A DNA stretch of 64,000 nt from Neoconidiobolus thromboides FSU 785. Lineage: Eukaryota > Fungi > Entomophthoromycota. Position 1 is the first letter of the stretch. Every line of letters begins with the position of its first letter. Positions 12,291-27,707 of this stretch are shown here, in pieces. Position numbers and translations under genes: made by a program. The DNA is taken from contig MU626298.1 in the NCBI GenBank assembly GCA_025603075.1, positions 1-64,000 on the forward strand, given 5' to 3'. Below the pieces are notes generated by a model. That model was not told the DNA's origin and did no database searches. It saw only the letters and a list, made by a program, of their open reading frames with translations.

Positions 12291-14143
12291 AAAAAATAAA
12301 AAGTTAGTATTAGATCTTCGTATTTTTTGAGTTATATATCCATTGGTAATATATCATTAATATTTGAATCATATACAGTAGCAGGATTAGTCATATAATG
12401 TAAGATACTGCTTTATCGAATTGCTTCGAGACCTTTACTAGCGATCTCAAATCTTAAAAAGGCTTATTCCTGACCTACTTTAAATTGACCCTAATATTAA
12501 CACTAAAATGCCATTTTGAGTAGAGAATTGATATAGTATTTAAAATTAAAAGTGAGGTACACCTACTTTATCTGTTTTGAAAGGTTCCTCAGTTATTTCA
12601 ATTTACAAAAAACTATGCCAATTAAGTAGGCTTTCAAAGGAAGATATTGATATAATGTTCTTATTTTATCAATTTGTTTATTCATTAAGTAGCTAAAAAG
12701 TTAAAAATTCAATTTTAAACGAAAACAAGTTATATATGCCATTTTTATACATTGATGTCTAAAAAATATGGTTGCTTTTGAAAATTTACAATTAAATAAA
12801 TGAATCTCAATATTAAACAAAGCAAGCTTTTTAAACATATTTTTATTATATTAAAGTAAATAAGAGTATTTAATTATGGATTTCAAAGTAGGTTTTAGGA
12901 CCGAATATTTACCCTAGGATTTTAAAGTTTAAACTTGAATTTAGGCAGGATTTTTGAAAGAAAAATGTACTTTATCTTTTTTGATTAACGGTTCTGAGTT
13001 GTTAAGATATTAGGATAAAAAGGCTGCTCTTAAGAATAATGATTTATTGAAGCTGAAACAAAATTGCTAAACTTCAAGGGTCTAAATGTTGATATAAAAG
13101 TTGTCTTGTAAAATCTTAATGACACTATAATTTTATCCTTTTCATACATAAATTAACGTGAAATAGTTTCTAATTACTTAATTATCTAATAATTTATAAA
13201 ACATTGAATGTATTGTATGACTTATATAAAATACATTATATAAAAGTGACTATCATTATCTAATATATTTCAAATTCAAATAAGCAAAAATTTTTCTGTA
13301 TAAATATCTATTTTTAAATTCTATTCAACTAAAAGAGAACCATAAAATGGAATGATATAATTTTACTATTATTTTATCACCATATAATAGTCAAAAATTT
13401 TAAATAATGTTTTATGTAATAAAAAAGATCATTTGATTAAGTTTTAACTATATTTGAGCTATTTCCCATTAAAAAGGAGCAGCTATGACTTTTCCATTAC
13501 TTTAGACAGGGTAGGATAAACGGTTATTAACATCAGCGACTTTATTCTATTTGACTAATAAATTAGTAATTAAATCATTGCGCAAAAAAAACAGAACTTT
13601 AAAAAATAGAGTCAATTCAAAAGAACAAACTTTTCATACATTTGTAATCAATATTAATCTTCGCTACTACATACATTTTACCTTAACTTTCTATTTATAA
13701 TTTTTGATTAAAGGCTTAAAAATAGCTGCTTTTATAATAAATATTTTTATATTGATGTACAACTCCTTACACCGCTTACTTTAAAATGTTACTATATCCT
13801 ATCCTGTATTGAATAAATAAGTAAAAGTATATCTAAGGTACAATATTGAACTACCAGTTATTTTAACAACATAATAATAATTTATTATTTATTTCCAAAT
13901 TTAGAAATCTCCATTTTGATTGAAGGAATTTTGAATCCGAACTTGTTTGAACATTTCAATAAAAATTTAAGCACCGTTTATTTCCAAATAAACCTATAAA
14001 ATCCCAAATTGCTTAGATTCTAGAATCATTTTATGTTTTTAATAACCACTATATTTTGAATACTTCACTTTTTCTTTTGAATTATTTTATGCTACCTTTC
14101 TTATAAATAAGACGATCAAAAATATTTTTATTAATTTTTAAAA

Positions 14144-14908
14144 ATGTCAACTAAAGCACGTACCAAGTTTAATCCTGAACAGTTACACGAGTTAGAAAGG
14201 CTATACCGGTTTAATTCCAAACCACTTAAAGAGATGTTAATTGAATTAGGTGAACAAGTTGGTTTAGAATTACGTACTATTCAAATTTGGTTTCAAAATA
14301 GAAGAATGAAGGACCGTCATAGTAATAATAATACTGGAAGTAGTGTTGCTCCAAGTCCTGCTACTACTCAAGAACTGAGTACAAGCCATAAATCAAAACA
14401 AGAGTTATATAGTGTCCATGCTGCCAATCGTACTCCGTGTACTCCTTCAGTCAATATACCAAAACCTAATAGAAACAACTTTGGAAACATGTTGTTAAGT
14501 GGATTTGCTTTGCATTCTGTTGAAAAGGATATGTATATGAATAGTATGCAACGATCGAGATCCTTTGCTTCTAATTATCAACAATCTAGTCATGGTAGTT
14601 ATTATAGTTATAATGATCAACATGTATATATGAATGAAAATAGTGTTGTTGACCCTTTAATGCAAAACTATCAAGAAAATGTATATGATAATAATGTAAG
14701 TGAGGCATTAAGTTATGAATACAATTATAATCAACCTCAGCTAGATAATACGATGAATATCAATCCGTTTTTAAGTGAGTTTGAAACGTATAACTATCAA
14801 AACAATTACTTTAATCAACAAGATTATATAGGTTACAACCCTAATAACCAAATGTACAATTCGATACCTAATGAGTTTCACCAAACTCAATATCCCAATT
14901 TTCTATGA
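14144..14908 (+). CDS. Homeodomain transcription factor (Q50)
   Basis: ARTKFNPEQLHELE...GLELRTIQIWFQNRRMK, followed by an N/Q/Y-rich tail. Confidence 0.93.
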   Translation: MSTKARTKFNPEQLHELERLYRFNSKPLKEMLIELGEQVGLELRTIQIWFQNRRMKDRHSNNNTGSSVAPSPATTQELSTSHKSKQELYSVHAANRTPCTPSVNIPKPNRNNFGNMLLSGFALHSVEKDMYMNSMQRSRSFASNYQQSSHGSYYSYNDQHVYMNENSVVDPLMQNYQENVYDNNVSEALSYEYNYNQPQLDNTMNINPFLSEFETYNYQNNYFNQQDYIGYNPNNQMYNSIPNEFHQTQYPNFL

Positions 14909-17228
14909 TATATATTTTTATTCAATAACTTAGATCAGTTAATTTTAGCACCTCTCTCCCTTCCTTTTTTCATTTACTAAATGACAAACAACTTTTAAAA
15001 GTTTAATAAATTATTTCTATTTTCATATATAAAAAATAACCTTAATTTTATCTTTCATACACCTTTCTATTTTTAATTTACTATGTATTATTAAACCAAT
15101 AACATAGTAATACATTATAAATAATACAATAGCTTATTATTTAATCATGTGAATGAAATTTTTTCTAAAGTTTATTACCCTTAAGTAAAAGCTAGCAGTA
15201 TTTTCTACCTAAAAATGCGATAGTAATTATAGATGGTAACAGTCATTTCCCCTTTTTTCCAATATATTGAATTGATTGGCTCTATCGGTATTATTTTGTT
15301 CTATTTTAACTTATCTTAAATTTATAAATAAGTGAATCAATATAAGCACCTAAATTGGTTTAGAATGCTAGTTAGTTAACTTAGTCAAATAGCAAATACA
15401 TCCTAATTATTGATTGTTTTTTATACATTAAATAGATATCGTTATTAAATTTTGTGTGTTTACGTTTATGAAATATTAAGTTGAATAAAATCTTAATGAG
15501 TAAGATTCAAGATAAATCTAAATTGACTATTTATAAGGATCGAATTAATGTAATAAAATTGGAAATGTTGCTTTAAATGAAAGTTATCGAAGATAGTCTC
15601 AACTTGCACCAATTTCGTTTGTTTTTAATAAAACTTGAATTATTTTCTGTTGAAAATAAAATTGTATTTTTGTTTAAAATTTAGTAACGAAGACTAGAAA
15701 TTAATCAGTAAGGATTTTATGCCCAATTTTGCGTTAAAAAATTATATTAGTATAAATGCTGTATTTTTAAATTGACCAATAAGAATTCAAAAAAAATTAA
15801 TAGAGGCAAAAATTTTATTTTAAATTCACTTAAAAACTAAAATAAACTCATTTAAATACAGAAAGTAAAAAATTGTTAAATAAATTAATGCCTTTTATCT
15901 GCCAACTTGTCAAGTACAAATCACTATTTTTATTATAAAAAAGCATAACTTCATCTTGTTTATTTACAAACAAAAGTTTCAATCTTAAAACATTTTCTAG
16001 CCAACGATTGACTCCCACGCTCAATTTATTCAATATTTTAATATCACTTTGTTCAATTGTTATTCTATTTTGTAATCAAAACTCAAATTTCACACACCAC
16101 TTAAAGCTCTAAATTTAGTAAAATTACATTGAAATTATTCTTCAAAGTAGTTATTTAATATAATAGAGTTGGGATCTTTTATTTTTGCAATAAATTCAAT
16201 TTAGTATTGGGTGTAAATTCAACAATCTATCACTAATATTGAACTGCTTTTGTTTTCAACTAATAAATAAAAAATGAGAGAACACTATTTTTGAATCTTA
16301 TGTGTTAAATGTGGTATTTAAATTTCATATGCATTTGTTGACTCTAATTACCTATTTAATAATTGAGTTTAAAAAAGTAGTAGTACTAAGATTAAACAGA
16401 AGTTTTATAGTGGAAAAAGAATATGCTCTTTTTCAAAAGACTGAATAGGTAACTTTATATAGAAAAACCAATAGGAAAGATAAAACAATAGCATTTATTA
16501 TAATATGTTAATTAAACTTTATATCTTATTTTTATCTCTATTTCTTATTTCCCACCTTGAAAATATTGCTTGATCTCATACTAAATATAAAAGCTCAAAT
16601 AACATTAATTTAATGATAACAAATTCATAATCAAGGCATAACTCAATTTATGTGGCAATTACCACTTATATTGACCAATAAAATAAGTTTTATTTTGATC
16701 ATTTTGAGCACAAGGGAGGTTATTATTAGCTATATTGTATTATGAATTCCATACATTAAAGTAATTGATAATAAGTAAAAAATTAATGTTATTTGTAAAT
16801 TATTAATAGCCTTTTTTCATCTATTTAACTTCCTAATATTCTTACATTTACTTATTAAAACAAATTAACGGAGTATATTGAATTTGAATTACCATCTAAA
16901 CATTGAACCTCCTTTAATTATATTCGGTCAAAATTGACTTTTTTCAGCATAGAATCTAACACATAATAATTATTCCGACCAAATATAAAAAAAGATTGGT
17001 ACTTTTATATTCATTAATTTTCAAAGAATCAAATCAAAAGAATCAAGTAATTATTACTTATTCCTTTTCTATTTTTAACTTCTCTTTTAATTGTATAAAT
17101 TATTATTTAATTAAACAGGAACTGCTCATTTCATCAATTCATTTTTTTAAAGAAAAGAATACTACTTTTATCTTTTGTTTACCAATCTTTCCTTTGTAAT
17201 TAATTCAAATAATTCCATTTAATTAATC

Positions 17229-20200
17229 ATGGCGATGCGAATGTCGAATCGAGCATCCTCCATGATTTCCAGTAGTTATGATCCTAGTAATTTATCGGAT
17301 CTTACTGAACTTCCCGATGTCACCGTCTCTTCCATTTCCACTTGTTTATCTTCCCGTTATCAATTAAGAGAATACTATACCAATCTTGGTTCAAGAGTAT
17401 TATTATCTGTAAATCCATTTAAAGAAGGAGATAGTTTGAACTATGATCAAGTATTAAAGGATTATTTAGCTAATTATCGAAACTTTCAAGATGATAAAGA
17501 AAATATGCAACCTCATATATTTAAACTAGCATCTACCATTTATTTCCATTTAAGAAGAAGTGCTTTAGATCAATCCGTTATTTTTTGGTAAGTAAATTAG
17601 TAAATTAGTAGTTTTATGCAGTGTATTAATATTATTTTATATTATTAGTGGTAGTGTTGGTAGTGGTAAAAGTGAAAATAAAAAATTATTTTTAAAGGCA
17701 ATGGCCGGATTGCGTAGTGCTAGCAAAAAAGAAAGCAAATTGTACACTCAAATTATTAATTCTGAACAAATCTTTGAATGTTTTGGTAGTACATTTACAT
17801 CTTCTATGACCAAAGCTTCAAGATTTGCTAAATATATTGAATTACAATTTGATAATCGAGGAAGAACAATAGGAGTGAAACACTTAGATTATTTATTAGA
17901 AAAGAATCGATTAAGTGATAAACAACGGGGAGAATCTAATTTTTTAGTATTTTATCAATTTTTAGCTGGAATAACTGAAGAAGAAAAAAATCAATTCCAA
18001 TTAAAAGGAGTAAGTCAGTATCAATATTTGATTGGTACTTTCTTTCCATATAGTTTTGAGGAATTAAAAGAACAATTTCTAAACTTGAAATTAAGTTTAA
18101 AAAATTTAGGTTTTACTAAAAAATTTCAATCTCAAATTTTTCAACTATTAGCTTCTATTTTACACTTAGGAAATATTAAATTTTATGATCGTTCAAATAA
18201 AGATGAAGAGGGTGGGGCCTTAGTGATGGATTATGATGTATTAAGTTTAGCAGCTGATTTTTTGGGCTTACATCCAACTACATTAGAAGGTTTATTAACT
18301 TATCGTACTCAAGTGATTAAAAAAGAAACATGTACGATGTTTTTAGATTCTTTACAAGCTAGTAAACAAAAAGATGAATTAGCTAAGTGTTTGTATTCTT
18401 TATTATTTTCATGGATAACTGAACATATTAATACAAGATTATGTTTTGATCAACAAAGTAATTTCATTGGTATATTAGATTTACCCGGATTTCAAAAATT
18501 AATGCCAACTTCTGGATTTGAACAATTTTGCATTAATTTTTCTAATGAAAGATTATATAATTATATGTTGTATCAAATATTTGAAGCTTCTAATGATGCT
18601 TATGATGAAGATGATATTTTTATACCAAAAATTGATATCGTGGATAATCAAAATATTGTTCAATTATTAACTAAATCAAGTAACGGTTTAGTATCAATAT
18701 TAAGTAAACAAGCAAATCGATCTAAAGGACCAGCTAATGATACTAGTTTATTACAAGCTATTCAAAAAGCACAAGAAAATAACTCCATACTAAATATTAA
18801 TTTAAGTTTAAATCAATTTACAATTAATCATTTCCAAGAGCCAGTCATTTATGATATCATTGGGTTTATGGAAAATAATATGGACTCAATTAATCCAGAT
18901 TTTGTACAAACATTTCGTGGAGAAGCTGATGTTGCTGTTAGTAATAGTTTTATTTCTGGTTTGTTTAATCATCATACTATTTCAACTCAAGTTAATCCAA
19001 AAGATAACGGTAATATTGTATCAGCACAAAAGTCCGCGTTACCAAGAAGAACACCTTCTATGAAAAGAGCTAGAATTCAACAATTAGATGAAAATGGAGA
19101 ATTTGGAAATAAACAAATGAAAATTAACTGTGTTGCTAATCAATTAAAAGTGGGATTAGATGAATTATTTGATACTTTTGATAATACAGAAACTTGGTTT
19201 GTATTATGTTTATGTTTGTCAGATTCTACTAATTTTAATTCAGAATCTATGGAAAATCAATTAAAGTTATATAAACTAGATCAAATGGTTTTACGTAAAA
19301 AAATGGAATATACAATATGTTATTTACATGAAGAATTTGTATTAAGATATAACAATTTATTAATTGGACTTGGAATTAACACTGATCAAAAATTTAATGA
19401 AATTTGTGAAGTTTTTAAAACAACAATGAATTGGAATAACAAAAATATTGCTATTGGAAATCAATATATTTATTTAAATGAATTATCATGGGTAGAATTA
19501 GAAAATGGATTACGTAATTTTGAGCATGGCACAAGTAGTCAAAAATTTGGTTTAGTTGCGCCTGGAATGATAACAGATGATAATCAATCCTTTTATTCTG
19601 ATGATGATAATAACGGTAGTGAATTAGATAGTCAATTAGGGGATTCTTCACAAATTGGAGATTTAGAATTAATTAGAGAAAAAGGAGATTTAGAATTAAT
19701 TGATGAAGATGAAGAATTAAATAAGAAACCACCTAAAACAACAATACGTAAATTATGGATACTATTAACTTGGCTATTAACTTGGTGGGTACCTTCATTT
19801 ATGTTAAGTTGCTGTGGACGAATGAAATTAAAAGATGTTAAAATGGCATGGAGAGAGAAAGTAGCTTTATGTATTTTAATATTTTTAATGTCTGGATTTG
19901 TAGTATTATTTATTGTTGGTGTCAATCCATTATTATGTCCAGAAAGAGATATTTATACTGTTGATGAAGTAGCAAGTACAAAAGAAAGTACAACTTCTTC
20001 CCCATTATATCATTTATATGGAAGAGTTTATGAATTATATGGTATTGCTGGATTAAAAACAAATGGTCATCGAATGGTATCTACTCAAAAAATGATTGAA
20101 AATTTTGGTGGAAGTAATATAGATGATGCATTTCCAATTCAAATTAATCCTAATTTATGTTTAAGGTTTGATGGGAATGAAATTGACCCTCAAATTTCAT

Positions 20201-22887
20201 TAAGTAATAAAACTAATAACCCTAATTTTATTAATCATGATCATCGATACTATCGTGGTGAAAGAAACTACTCTCCTTATTGGTTTGAAAATGTTATTAG
20301 ATATCATATGAAAAAAGTAGGAGACATTGCTTATACTTTAGATACAATTACTAAAAAAGCAGCTGAAGGTAGAAAAATGGTATTGTATCAAGATAAAGAT
20401 GATAAAAAATCAATATTGAGAGTATTTGACTTTACTCCTTATTTTAATTTATTTGTATTACCTCGAGATAATGAACAATCCACTAGTTTAAAAACAGAAG
20501 GTGATTTCTTAGGTTCAGATATGACTCAAATTATTAATAATAATAGTGGAAAAGATATTAGTGATTTATTTAAACAATTATTTAAAGATGATTTGGATAC
20601 TAAAAAAAGAATTGAACAATGTATGAATAATCTATTTTATGCTGGTTTAGTAGATGATCGTAATTCACCACAATGTATTTTTGCTCAATATTTATTATTA
20701 GCCTTGTCTATCTTTTTATTTGCTATATTATTTGTTAAATTTTTAGCTTCTTTACAATTAGGGAGTCGACCTGAACCTGAAGATCATGATAAATTTGTTG
20801 TTTGTAATGTACCTTGTTATACAGAAGATTTAGAATCTTTAAAACGTACAATTGATTCATTAGCTGTATTAAAATATGATGATAAACGTAAATTATTATT
20901 TATAATTAGTGATGGTATGGTTATTGGTGGTGGTAATGAGTTACCAACACCAAGGATTTTATTAAACTTGCTTGGCTCAGATCCAAGTTTAGATCCAGAA
21001 CCCTTAAGTTTTTTATCTTTAGGAGAAGGAAGTAAACAACATAATATGGGTAAAGTATATACTGGTTTATATGAAATTCGAGGTCATGTTGTACCATATA
21101 TTGTAATTGTTAAAGTGGGTAAACCAAGTGAAAGAGTTAAACCTGGTAATAGAGGAAAGAGAGATTCACAGTTAATCTTGATGAAATTCTTTAACAAAGT
21201 TCATTATGATCATCCAATGGTACCCTTAGAATTAGAAATGTATCATCAAATTAAAAATGTAATTGGTGTGGATCCCCATTTATATGAATTTATTTTAATG
21301 GTAGATGCAGATACTGTAGTTATGCCAGATTCATTAAATCGATTGGTATCTGCTATGTTGCATGATATTAAAATTATGGGAATTTGTGGGGAAACTTCAA
21401 TTATGAATGAAAGAGATTCATGGGCCACTATGATTCAAGTTTATGAATACTATATGTCCCATCATTTAGCTAAAGCCTTTGAATCTTTATTTGGTTCTGT
21501 TACTTGTTTACCAGGTTGTTTTTCAATGTACCGAGTAAAATCACCAGATAATGATAGTCCCTTATTAATTCATGATTGTATTATCAATCAATACAGTGAA
21601 AATCAAGTGAATACATTACATAAAAAAAATTTATTTCATTTAGGAGAAGATCGTTATTTAACTACTTTAATGTTAAAAAATTTCCCATTTAATAAATTAA
21701 CATTTACACCGGATGCTAAATGTCTTACTAACGCACCAGACACATGGGAAGTGTTATTATCACAACGTCGAAGATGGATTAATTCAACTGTTCATAATTT
21801 ACTAGAGTTAGTATTTTTACCAAGGTTATGTGGATTTTGTTGTTTTTCAATGAGATTTGTTGTATTTATGGATTTATTATCAACAATTATAATGCCTGCT
21901 ACATTAGGTTATTTAGGTTATTTAATTTATCGTTTAGCTTCTGATCGTACCAAAGCCATCCCCGTTGCATCTTTAGTATTTATAGCTGCTCCTTATGTCT
22001 TACAAATGTTAGTGTTTTTAATACGTCGACAATGGCAACAGATTGGTTGGATGGTAGTTTATTTAATGGCATTACCTATCTTTGCATTTTTTATACCATT
22101 ATACTCCTTCTGGCATTTTGATGATTTTTCGTGGGGTAATACTCGTGTTGTATTAGGAGAAGGTGGCAAAAAGAAAAAAGTAGCTGTAGATGAAGGTATC
22201 TTTGATCCCCAATCTATACCCACTCGCAAATGGTCTGAATATGAAGAAGAAAATTGGGAAAAAGAAACTGAGAAAACGAGTTATTCACATCATTCTTCAC
22301 CATCTGCCAATTCTTTGAATAAACCACCAATGACTAATGCTTCTCCAATTCCGTTTTCGATACCTGCAATTGATGCTATCCCTATGATGCCTATCATGCA
22401 ACAACAACAGAATTATAGACCAATGTCCACTTTCTCTAGTATGCCTTATATGGCTACCATGATGGCAAGTCAAGAACAAATGCCATATCAAACTCAACAA
22501 GTGGGAGGAGGAAATATCCCACCGCCAATGATACAACGTCAATTTACAGATGAATATGTACCCAATTATCCAATGGCAAGTAATTCATCTGTTTATAAGG
22601 GCTCTCGTCCAGCCTCTCCAAGTTTTAAACCCATGAAAGTTCATACTCCACCTCAAAGCCAATCTATGACACCCCCTCTTTTACCCAATTTTCAACCGGG
22701 ACCAGAGTTCCCTAATCATCAGGATATCATTGTGAAGATTCGTATGATATTGGCAGAAAGTGATTTAATGGCTGTGTCTAAAAAGCAAGTGAGAGTAAAA
22801 TTAAGTGAATATTTTGGGGTTGAATTGGATGCATATAAAGAACAAGTGAATTACTGGATTGAATTAGTGTTAAAGGGACAATTATAA
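17229..22887 (+). CDS. Class V chitin synthase with myosin motor-like domain; intron 17588-17648
   Basis: Spliced P-loop GSVGSGKSE, switch I-like ASRFAKYIELQF, DLPGF; catalytic motifs DADT, GEDRYLT and QRRRW; C-terminal DEK_C-like domain. Confidence 0.96.
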
Positions 22888-23517
22888 TAGAAAATGAAGG
22901 TTTTTTGATAGTTATATGCGATCTTTTCTTAGCAACTTTATCTTTTTTAAAATTATAATCCGATCTTCCTTTTACATTTTTATAGTTGATGTTGTAAAAG
23001 GAGTTTCTTTTACTCTTTTTAATCTTTTTTACTCTTTTAGTCTTTTCTACTCTTTTTAGTTCAAGTATATAATCTATATAATAAATTTTAGTATATGTAG
23101 TAATTTTCTGCTTTCATTTATGGTTTATAATTTACATTTTTGTTAAATGAGATTTATAATTATTAAAAAATACTTATTATAAAGTTATAAAAGTAGGATG
23201 TTATATATTTAACTGCTATAATAAGCTATAATAACACAAATAAAGTATATCTACTCATTTAGTCAATTTTTTAAACTTAGCCCCAAAACTCCATTTTTGA
23301 AAAAACAGCAATTATCTCACTTCCAAAAGAATCAATAGCTTTTATTTCAACAACAGGTCTCAAAAAAATCCAAAAGATAACAGTCAAAAATACAATATCT
23401 GCTTTATCAAAAAAACTCATTTTTATTTTTATATCTTTGTTATTTGAATTTGCTTTTACCACCTATAATAATTCTCAACAAATCTCTTTTTTTCGTAACC
23501 TTTATTAATTTAAATTT

Positions 23518-24318
23518 TTATAATCCATTTTCAAAATGAAAACTTCTTTTTCCTTCTCGAATTCTTTCAAGTATATAAGACATACCCATTCTTGCCTATA
23601 ATTAAATAATTAAATACATATATCTCTAATTAAAAAGTAAACTAGTTACCTTAACTGTATTTTTTTCAAATTTATTAATACCAAACCTCTCAACAGCACT
23701 AGTGATACCCCAGCCTATCCTAGATATGATTCTCGCTTCTGTTTTAACGGAGGTCCTAAATAAAATGTATTAATATCGCCTAAACTTTAACTCTAACAAT
23801 AAAACTTACCATTCCTTATTTTTACTTGAAACTTTAAATGTTTGAGTTTCTTCTACCTTCATAACTCGCGCATGATTTAAATTTTTTGTTTTAGAAACTA
23901 ATATTTGGTTCTTTGGATCCACTGTAGTTTCTTCAATGATATAAGCCTCTGGAGTTTTAATTAACTAAAAGGAAATTACATTAATGTTATAAGTCTCATT
24001 ATATATGTTTAAAAAGCATCATTAAAAAATGAATGATGATACTTTGTTCTACTTACATTCTCCCCCCATTTAGGCAATTTTCCTTTTTTTAGTATAATCC
24101 TTGTTGTATGTAATATACCTTCATTGTCGATATATCGATCAATGACATCGGATCCTAATACATGGGAAGCAAATGGGTTTGGATAACGTAACCAAAAAGC
24201 AAAAGAGACTATTGGCCATGAGTAACTGGGATCAGAAAAGGGTTAGTATCACTACTTTTAAAATGGAGGGACTTTAAGCTTACTCGTAATCATGGGTATG
24301 TTGATAAATTTTGACCAT
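23518..24318 (-). CDS. UPS1: PRELI/Ups1 mitochondrial intermembrane lipid-transfer protein (multi-exon; absent from ORF track)
   Basis: Manual splicing gives MVKIYQHTHDY...AFWLRYPNPFASHVLGSDVIDR...KKGKLPKWG...YIIEETTVDPK...TKNLNHARVMKVEETQ...EARIISRIGWGITSAVERFG, which are PRELI motifs. Confidence 0.88.
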
Positions 24319-24499
24319 AATTTGTGTTGATGTTAATAATTGAAATTGATTTAAATTTGAAATTTGAAATAAGAAAATTAAAAGTCCAAAAGTTGGATTT
24401 AAAAATAGCGATTTTAAATGATCAATTTTGAGATGAATTTTAAGTCCTTATTTTAGAAATTTTAGAATGAGGGATGAGAAGTGAAGTGAACGTAAAAGT

Positions 24500-24516
24500 C
24501 ATCCTGACGTCGGATG
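24500..24516. promoter_or_regulatory. Near-palindrome CATCCTGACGTCGGATG with CRE-like core upstream of UPS1
   Basis: TGACGTC core flanked by inverted CATCC/GGATG, ~180 bp upstream of the UPS1 ATG. Confidence 0.25.
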
Positions 24517-25579
24517 CATTTATTTTGGTTTCAATTAAATTTAATTTGGAAACTTAACTAAACTCTGAGGTAATCTTTCAATTGGAGAACTATGGGATTG
24601 GTTGGATTTTCAAACTAATGAAGAATATTTACCTTATTTAGCTTCCCCATAATTTTTTTGTCAAAAAAATAAAATTGATTCGGCTACTATTAGTTCCGAA
24701 ATTCAATGGGCAATAAATTTCAAAGTTGAGAAAAAACAAGACCTGGGATTAAGATTATGGCAAAAATTATGTTTTAGGACATGGGAAAGTTTGAACGGAG
24801 TATTTGGTAAAGGGGAATAATTCTATTAAGTGTAAGATAAAATTCAGAATTATTATTCAAACATAAGACCATAGCTTTATATTTCCATAAATTATCTTAG
24901 CAGGTCTAAAGGGAGCAAATTATTTACTCCAATAAAGTAGAATGGAAAACAATAGTCAGATCGGGTTAAAAAAATTTGCAGTGGAAAATTAATAGTGGCA
25001 TTTGTTCCAGTTTTTCCCCAATAATTTTATACAGTAGTTATTTAGATGAGCTTGTATATTCTCTATAATTAAATAAGCCGATGATTATTAAACGAGTTTA
25101 AAAGTTAATAATAAATTATGTATACAAAGTTAACTTTGCAGTGTTTTTATTTAAATGTTAAAGTAATATAATTATTTATATTTTTAAAATCTTACTAAAT
25201 TACAAATTAATAAGGTAATATAGCTATTAGTATTAGTATTAATAGAAATGAAGATTTAATTTGATTTATGTTTTTATCAGTATTTAATTTTTACAAGTAA
25301 ATATTCATCTAAAATTAAGTTATAATATCTTTTTAGATCTAATTGAATTAAAAGAATATTAATCTAATCTAATCTTTGCATTTAAATGTTTTAATAGAAC
25401 AATGAATCGAGCTTTAATCTGAATAATAGTATTATAAATTAACCTTTAAACATAAGTCATAGTTTAACTAAACAAAAAAGTATAATACCAACCTCTTAAA
25501 TTTAAAATAAAACTTATGCTAAAAAAATTTAAAGTCCTATTTCTATACTAATTTAATAAATAACAATGACATTAACTAC

Positions 25580-27707
25580 TCAAAACCATTTAACACATTT
25601 TCAACAATCTATATTATAACTAAATGACCTTTCTTAGCACTTTCCCATCAGTTTGTTTTCCAACCAAACAACTGTCTTAAACAAATACAACCAATCCCCA
25701 TCGGTACTAAATTTGGCCAAATATTTAATTAATAAAAAATACTCTACAGGTAAATTAGCACCAAATTTTAACTCTTTAATTTTATCAAATAAAAAATAAT
25801 CTTGCCCATATTTGATATTTGATATTTGAATTTCGATTTTGTTCTTTAATTCCTTTGATATGGGTGTTGTTAATAGGGCGGTAAATTCAGATTCTTTTAT
25901 TAAATGTTGAGATGAGGTTACTATTTCTAAAAATAAATCTTGGATTTGTTTATAATCTATGAAAATAAAATTAAAATGTTGTTTTATCAATGTTTATATT
26001 TATATATCATTAATTACCTTTATACCCTTTTAATCCTAATGGTAATACTGTATTTTTTGCAAATTCATTATATTTTATTGGTTGATGTTGTAACATTTCC
26101 ATTGATAAACTAACAAATTAAAATTTAATAAATTAAAGATTCTAGTTAATATATTCTAATACCTAAACTTTGAAGGTATGAATTGATAGCATAAATGTTC
26201 ATTTGAAGCTTTAAAATTATCTAATAGATCAAAGATATCCGGCAAATTACTAAATAATTCATGTTTCAATCTAATAAAGTAACTAAGATTAACTATATAA
26301 AATTATGAAATAATTTACCTATCTTTTCCATCAAGCCCATAAAACAATTTCAAAATAATAACAATTAGACCCATTACTATGACTTCTGGCGAATATCGAC
26401 GTTCTTTATCGGTTTTTCGTATTGGCAAATTTAGTTTAATATTTAATTTGTTTTTTAAGGTAACTATCATTGGATAAAATGTAACTTTAAAAAATCATTA
26501 ATAACCCTCATCCACCGCTAAATAAATATAATAATCTTACTAGGCAAATTGAAATGTTCTAAAATAGAATATGAAATAAAAGGCAGGGAGATTGTAGGTG
26601 GAGGAACATTTAAATTTGGAAATAATAATTCCGCCATTAAATTCGTTGCTTCTTGAAAAAAATTAAATGAAGGTACCTAATAAAATTATCAACAAAAGTC
26701 CTAGGTATTTAATATAAATTCTTTACTCTAGCTAATAAAGCTGTTGAAGGCCTTAATCTATTTTGAATTTTTAATGGTAGTGTAGATCGTGCATTATTAA
26801 ATGGTATTTTATTATTATTACATAGCCTCAACAGATCGACACTCAAAATCGGGACTTTTAAGTACATTAAAGCTAAATATTGAAATGTTAAAGTCCAATA
26901 TAGCTTAATAATAAATTGACGTTTAATTGGAGATTCTGGTTTTTTTAATGCATTTTCTTCTTTTTCTATATCTATATCTATATCTATATCTTCTAATTTA
27001 TTTAAGTCAGTATCACTCTCGTTTTCAGAATCTAGATTATTTTTCAATAACTCGTCAATATGTCTTTCAGAATCTTCATCGGATGAGGAGCCTTCTAATT
27101 CTTTCAATAGATCATCTTCATCTTCTAAATTTTCTTTTTTCATCTTCTTTTTTCTTAATTTTTTGACATTCACTTGTATATATGGGTTCATACTGACATA
27201 CACTTTCCATAATCCTTGAACTATTTGCTTAAATATTAAACCATTATTTCGATTTTTTACAAATCAAAAAATATATTACCAATAATTCTTTAGGGACCCC
27301 AAATTGCTCAATCAATATATTACTTTGTTTCTTTAAAATAGTTTGGTATGCTCGAAGATAGAGAAATTTCCCCTTTTCATTATAATAGACTATATATTAA
27401 ATTAATCGTTTTCCTTAATCTCTTTTATCAGCGACAAAAGCTTACTCTTTGATATGATTTTCTTATTCTTTACTGCCACCCTCCTTCTTTTTTCAGTTCC
27501 TATAAAATTATCATCCATAAAGTCCATCACTTCTTGTCGAAATCCCTAATAGAATCCATCAGCTATTATCGGTTCTAAATCTTTTATTATACTTACCTCC
27601 AACTGATGCCCTTCTTCACATAAAAAGAAGCCTAAACCAGTTTTGCGATATCTCGTTGACCCACAGGTTGGGCATGGAGGTAATTTCTTAGCTTTGGTAA
27701 TATCCAT
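25580..27707 (-). CDS. RRN7: RNA polymerase I core factor subunit Rrn7/TAF1B (multi-exon; 3' end approximate)
   Basis: N-terminal zinc ribbon CPTCGSTRYRKTGLGFFLCEEGHQ, acidic linker, and YLALMYLKVPILSVDLLRLCNNNKIPF typical of Rrn7. Confidence 0.8.

Noticed and set aside
12560-12630. 15-bp match TATGCCAATTAAGTA shared with 33343-33357
   Set aside because: Neighbouring similar words occur in a different order, and it is too short to call a repeat family.
23277-23462. 61-aa ORF downstream of UPS1
   Set aside because: It starts at GTG, has no recognisable motif and lies in probable 3' UTR.
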